IMG/VR virus record: IMGVR_UViG_2585427794_000002
Reading direction: 5' to 3' (one strand)
Origin: a virus
Lineage: Duplodnaviria; Heunggongvirae; Uroviricota; Caudoviricetes
DNA: 11,086 nt
A program made the translations under genes and the position numbers. The stretch's first letter is position 1; each line of letters opens with the position of its first letter. The notes beneath the pieces were generated by a model that was not told where the DNA came from, did no database searches, and worked only from the letters and a program-made list of their open reading frames with translations. Below are positions 8,029-11,086 of the stretch, in pieces.

Positions 8029-8727
8029 TTACTGCGAAAGTTTGTTAATGGAAAGGAAGCTGCCAAAGTTGCCGACATTATTGCGAAACTTACAGCCACT
8101 CAGGCATTTGCTGCATTTATCCTTCGTGATATCGGACGTCGGCTGGTCATATTCATCCGCGACCGCCGGACCGCTATAACCGCACTCATCGCCGCGATAG
8201 GTCCAGGTGCAGGTGTTGGCCAGCATGATACGTCCCGGAAAAACAGCGCCATCCGTTTCAGTCGGCGTGGACAGTACAAAAGAGGCACTGACCGCGCTCA
8301 GTTCGCTGCACTGCTCGATGCGCCAGCGGCTGATCACCTCCTGCTCCGGATCGGCTTCGCTGTTTCCGTTGACGAAGTTCACCGCATCCAGAAAGCGGGC
8401 GTAAACCTTACGCCGGACCACCGTTCCGCCGACCAGACTCTGCAGATCTTCCGCCATCCCGGTGATCATGCCGTGCAGGTTAGAGACCGTCAGTGTCGGA
8501 CGGGCAGCACTGCCCTTGCCGTTCATCTCAAATCCACTCCCCTGAATGGGATAGGCCTGATACTGCCGACTCTGCCAGGTGACAGACTCACCTTTTTCGT
8601 TCTGCTCATTACAGAAAAAGTAGCGATCCCCGCCTACCTCGGTCAGGTCGATTTCCCAGAGCACCACGCTGGCCGACTGCTCCGCACGAATGCATTCATT
8701 CAGCGTTTCCTGTTGTATGTCCTGCAT
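8029..8727 (-). CDS. L: Minor tail protein L
   Basis: 232-aa ORF, the same length as lambda gpL. C-terminal cysteine cluster (CTWTYRGDECGYSG...CSKCLSGCKF). Start codon overlaps the M stop (TGATG). Confidence 0.9.
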   Translation of the reverse strand: MQDIQQETLNECIRAEQSASVVLWEIDLTEVGGDRYFFCNEQNEKGESVTWQSRQYQAYPIQGSGFEMNGKGSAARPTLTVSNLHGMITGMAEDLQSLVGGTVVRRKVYARFLDAVNFVNGNSEADPEQEVISRWRIEQCSELSAVSASFVLSTPTETDGAVFPGRIMLANTCTWTYRGDECGYSGPAVADEYDQPTSDITKDKCSKCLSGCKFRNNVGNFGSFLSINKLSQ

Positions 8728-9065
8728 CAGATCACCACTTCGTCAAACTGACACGAAAAATCGGTATAGGTGATATGTTCTGTCGCTGACCACGTTCGAC
8801 ACACCACTCTGATTTTTCTGTTAATACCCGGCGGGCGCCAAAAAAAAGATTTATAGCCTTCATGCCGGGCTAAAAATTTTTCAAATGAATCACGTTCATT
8901 CGCCTCAACTTTGAAATCACAGGTGAAAACGCGCAGAGAATGATTAAGTCCATTTGGACTTCGTTGCTCATAACCATCGCCAAATCTTACAGTTTTTATC
9001 GATGGTTTATTTTCTGTTTTCATTCCATCCTCTGGTAACCAGTGAAATTCTTCCGTATTAGCCAC
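8727..9065 (-). CDS. M: Minor tail protein M
   Basis: 112-aa ORF containing VRFGDGYEQRSPNGLN and ...KSFFWRPP..., resembling lambda gpM (VRFGDGYSQRAPAGLN ... KSFLWTPP). Start overlaps the H stop by 8 nt. Confidence 0.9.
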   Translation of the reverse strand: MANTEEFHWLPEDGMKTENKPSIKTVRFGDGYEQRSPNGLNHSLRVFTCDFKVEANERDSFEKFLARHEGYKSFFWRPPGINRKIRVVCRTWSATEHITYTDFSCQFDEVVI

Positions 9066-10822
9066 TTAATATTCCCCCATCACGTCGCATATTTAACAGA
9101 TTGCCCTGCACCCGCTGATCAACCATCCCCATAAGTGCTTTTATTGCCTGAGGGCCAATCTCTCCATTCTGGCCGTCATTTTGAATAGTGATTTGGTATA
9201 CAGGGGCATAGGTAATATCTCCGCCTCCATTACCACTTTTACTATTAATAGCTCTGACACCAAGAGAACCATCGGAAGTTCGTGTTAATGGCATAATGGC
9301 TTCCGGTCCAGCCTCACCAAAAACACCAGCCCCTTTTGCAAAAGCAAAAAATTGCGGGGAATCATAAATACCGTTCGAATACGTGCTCAATGACGGAGAC
9401 TCATAAACACCGCCCTTTGCATTCGGAATAAATTTACTAATAGCACTCCCGATAGTTCCTAAAATCCCCCCAGAAGAACTGTTACTAATGCTGTCGAAAA
9501 TCCCAGTAATTGAAGCCTTTAATGCCATTCGACTAAGATCCGAAATCACGGAAGTAGCGAAAGAACGAAAATTTGCCTTGCCTGTCGTGACAAAATCACC
9601 CAGCGCATCGGTCATCCCATCAAACATCTGAGTCGTGGTTGATTTTATCTGCTCACTGATATCCTTAGTGTCATCCAGCCAGTTATTGAATCCCTGGGAG
9701 GCACTACTAACCCAGTCTCCTGCCTGAATATCGAGCTGCTCGTTTTTCTGTCTGACAATTTCTTTTTCCCGTTCCAGAGCATCATTCAGAGCCTGCATTT
9801 TCTCTTGAAAAACATGATCTGACATTCCACGGGATTTATCTGCATAGTCACGTTCAAGTTGCAGACGCTGATTGTTATATCCATGTTCAATCCGCAGTAA
9901 TTCCTGCTGGCGTTGCTGATTTTTATCGCCAACCCCATAACCAGCAATCTGAATATCATACCCCTGCTGACGATTATCAATCGAAGCCTGCAATGAATCA
10001 CGCCATGCTGTTATTTCGGCGGATTCCTTGATTAGCCTGTTATTCTTTTCAATCGCAACATTTTTCTCCATCAACGCGGTTATTTCTTCCCGGTGTAAGA
10101 GAAGCGATTTCTGATCCTGGGTTAATTTCGATGATGGTCGTGACTCTAGGTCGGCAATCCGCTGACGCCACTTAACCAGTTCCTGTTCAGAGGAACTTAA
10201 TTTAACGGTCAACTCAGCTTGTGAACTTAGTAACGCATTCTGTTGATTCAGATGATCAATCATTCGTTGGGCTGCATCATCAGAATAACCTTTCGCCTTT
10301 GGTTGCTTTGGATCTTTATAACGCTCATTTATTTGAGCGATAAGATTATTATATTCTTCCTTTGAATACTGATTCTTTAGCTTTTCCAGTTTTGCAAGTT
10401 CACTAGCTCTCTGCTGCTCCCGGGTCTGATATTGTTTTGAAAAGGCATCTGCTCTCTGTCTGAGTTCAATTCCTTCCTGTTGTCGCTTGTTGTAATCGTT
10501 TATTGATGAATTTAGTACGTCCTGAGCAATTTTTTCTGCTTGAAGTACGCCCAATTGCTGCTTTAATCGTGCCAGCCTTTTATTTTGAGCTCCGCCATCT
10601 CCAATGCCACCTAACCCGAAAACTCCGGGTCGGGTATTTTTTTCTATTTCATCAATTTGACGGAGAACATCTGAGATTTTTTGATCAAGGGAGGCCTCAC
10701 GGCCAATATCCAGCATGGAATCCCATGCCCATTTTGCGGAGTCTGCGACAGCTTTCCATGCAGTCTCAAGATAACCAAGATTTTCTTTAATCTGGTTGGT
10801 GCGCTGGATCATTGAGGATGAG
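9058..10822 (-). pseudogene. H: Tail tape-measure protein H, 5'-truncated by IS1 insertion (C-terminal ~588 codons retained)
   Basis: The minus-strand ORF resembles the middle and C-terminal parts of lambda gpH (e.g. ENLGYLETAWKAVADSAKWAWDSMLDIGR vs lambda ENMGTLETWADRTARAFKSMWDAVLDIGR; C-terminus ...MRRDGGILSG vs lambda ...MRDGGLFSGGGR). The 5' end of the ORF-track ORF (MESLPSSS, TTG start) is encoded by the IS1 inverted repeat, so authentic H sequence begins only at 10822. Confidence 0.85.
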
Positions 10823-11086
10823 GGTAATGACTCCAACTTATTGATAGTGTTTTATGTTCAGATAATGCCCGATGACTTTGTCATGCAGCTCCACCGATTT
10901 TGAGAACGACAGCGACTTCCGTCCCAGCCGTGCCAGGTGCTGCCTCAGATTCAGGTTATGCCGCTCAATTCGCTGCGTATATCGCTTGCTGATTACGTGC
11001 AGCTTTCCCTTCAGGCGGGATTCATACAGCGGCCAGCCATCCGTCATCCATATCACCACGTCAAAGGGTGACAGCAGGCTCATAAG
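10823..11086 (-). mobile_element. IS1 insertion sequence, right end (partial; continues beyond the window)
   Basis: Sequence from 10823, GGTAATGACTCCAACTTATTGATAGTGTTTTATGTTCAG..., is the IS1 terminal inverted repeat and adjacent sequence as I recall it. The minus-strand ORF encodes the InsB C-terminus ...[18 protein letters not shown]. Confidence 0.95.
10838..11086 (-). CDS. insB: IS1 transposase InsB, C-terminal part (5' end outside the window)
   Basis: Translation [81 protein letters not shown] matches the IS1 InsB C-terminus as I recall it. The reading frame continues upstream past the window edge. Confidence 0.9.
   Translation of the reverse strand, partial: LMSLLSPFDVVIWMTDGWPLYESRLKGKLHVISKRYTQRIERHNLNLRQHLARLGRKSLSFSKSVELHDKVIGHYLNIKHYQ

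Noticed and set aside
7408-8099. ORFs 7408..7644 (-), 7604..8008 (+) and 7899..8099 (-)
   Set aside because: Embedded within or antisense to K and the L/K junction; Cys/Arg-rich artefactual translations.
8100-8751. ORFs 8100..8288 (-), 8207..8404 (+) and 8473..8751 (+)
   Set aside because: Inside or antisense to L and M.
9786-10790. ORFs 9786..10001 (-) and 10503..10790 (+)
   Set aside because: Alternative-frame or antisense ORFs within the H fragment.
1-11086. Searched for CRISPR arrays, tRNA or other structured RNA genes, and a phage attachment site
   Set aside because: No spacer-repeat periodicity and no tRNA-like structure noticed. The window is internal to the prophage tail operon, so an att site is not expected here.

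Overview
This window is the tail-tip and tail-fibre module of a lambda-like (lambdoid) prophage, with every gene on the minus strand. I do not see evidence for a novel or undescribed system here. Reading right to left (the direction of transcription): the 3' end of an IS1 element (insB C-terminus plus right inverted repeat) is inserted into the tape-measure gene H, leaving a 5'-truncated H fragment. This is followed by M, L, K, I (K and I overlap by 103 nt), the host-specificity gene J, a lom (Ail/Lom-family outer-membrane protein) gene bracketed by two hairpin terminators, and a side-tail-fibre gene (stf) that runs off the left edge of the window. The stf frame is absent from the ORF track because it has no stop codon inside the window; I translated it by hand. 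Identifications rest on my recollection of the phage lambda proteins and of the IS1 sequence; no database search was possible. The main points of interest are the IS1 disruption of H, which probably makes this a tail-defective, decaying prophage, the repetitive architecture of stf, the moron-like context of lom, and the divergent C-terminal part of J.
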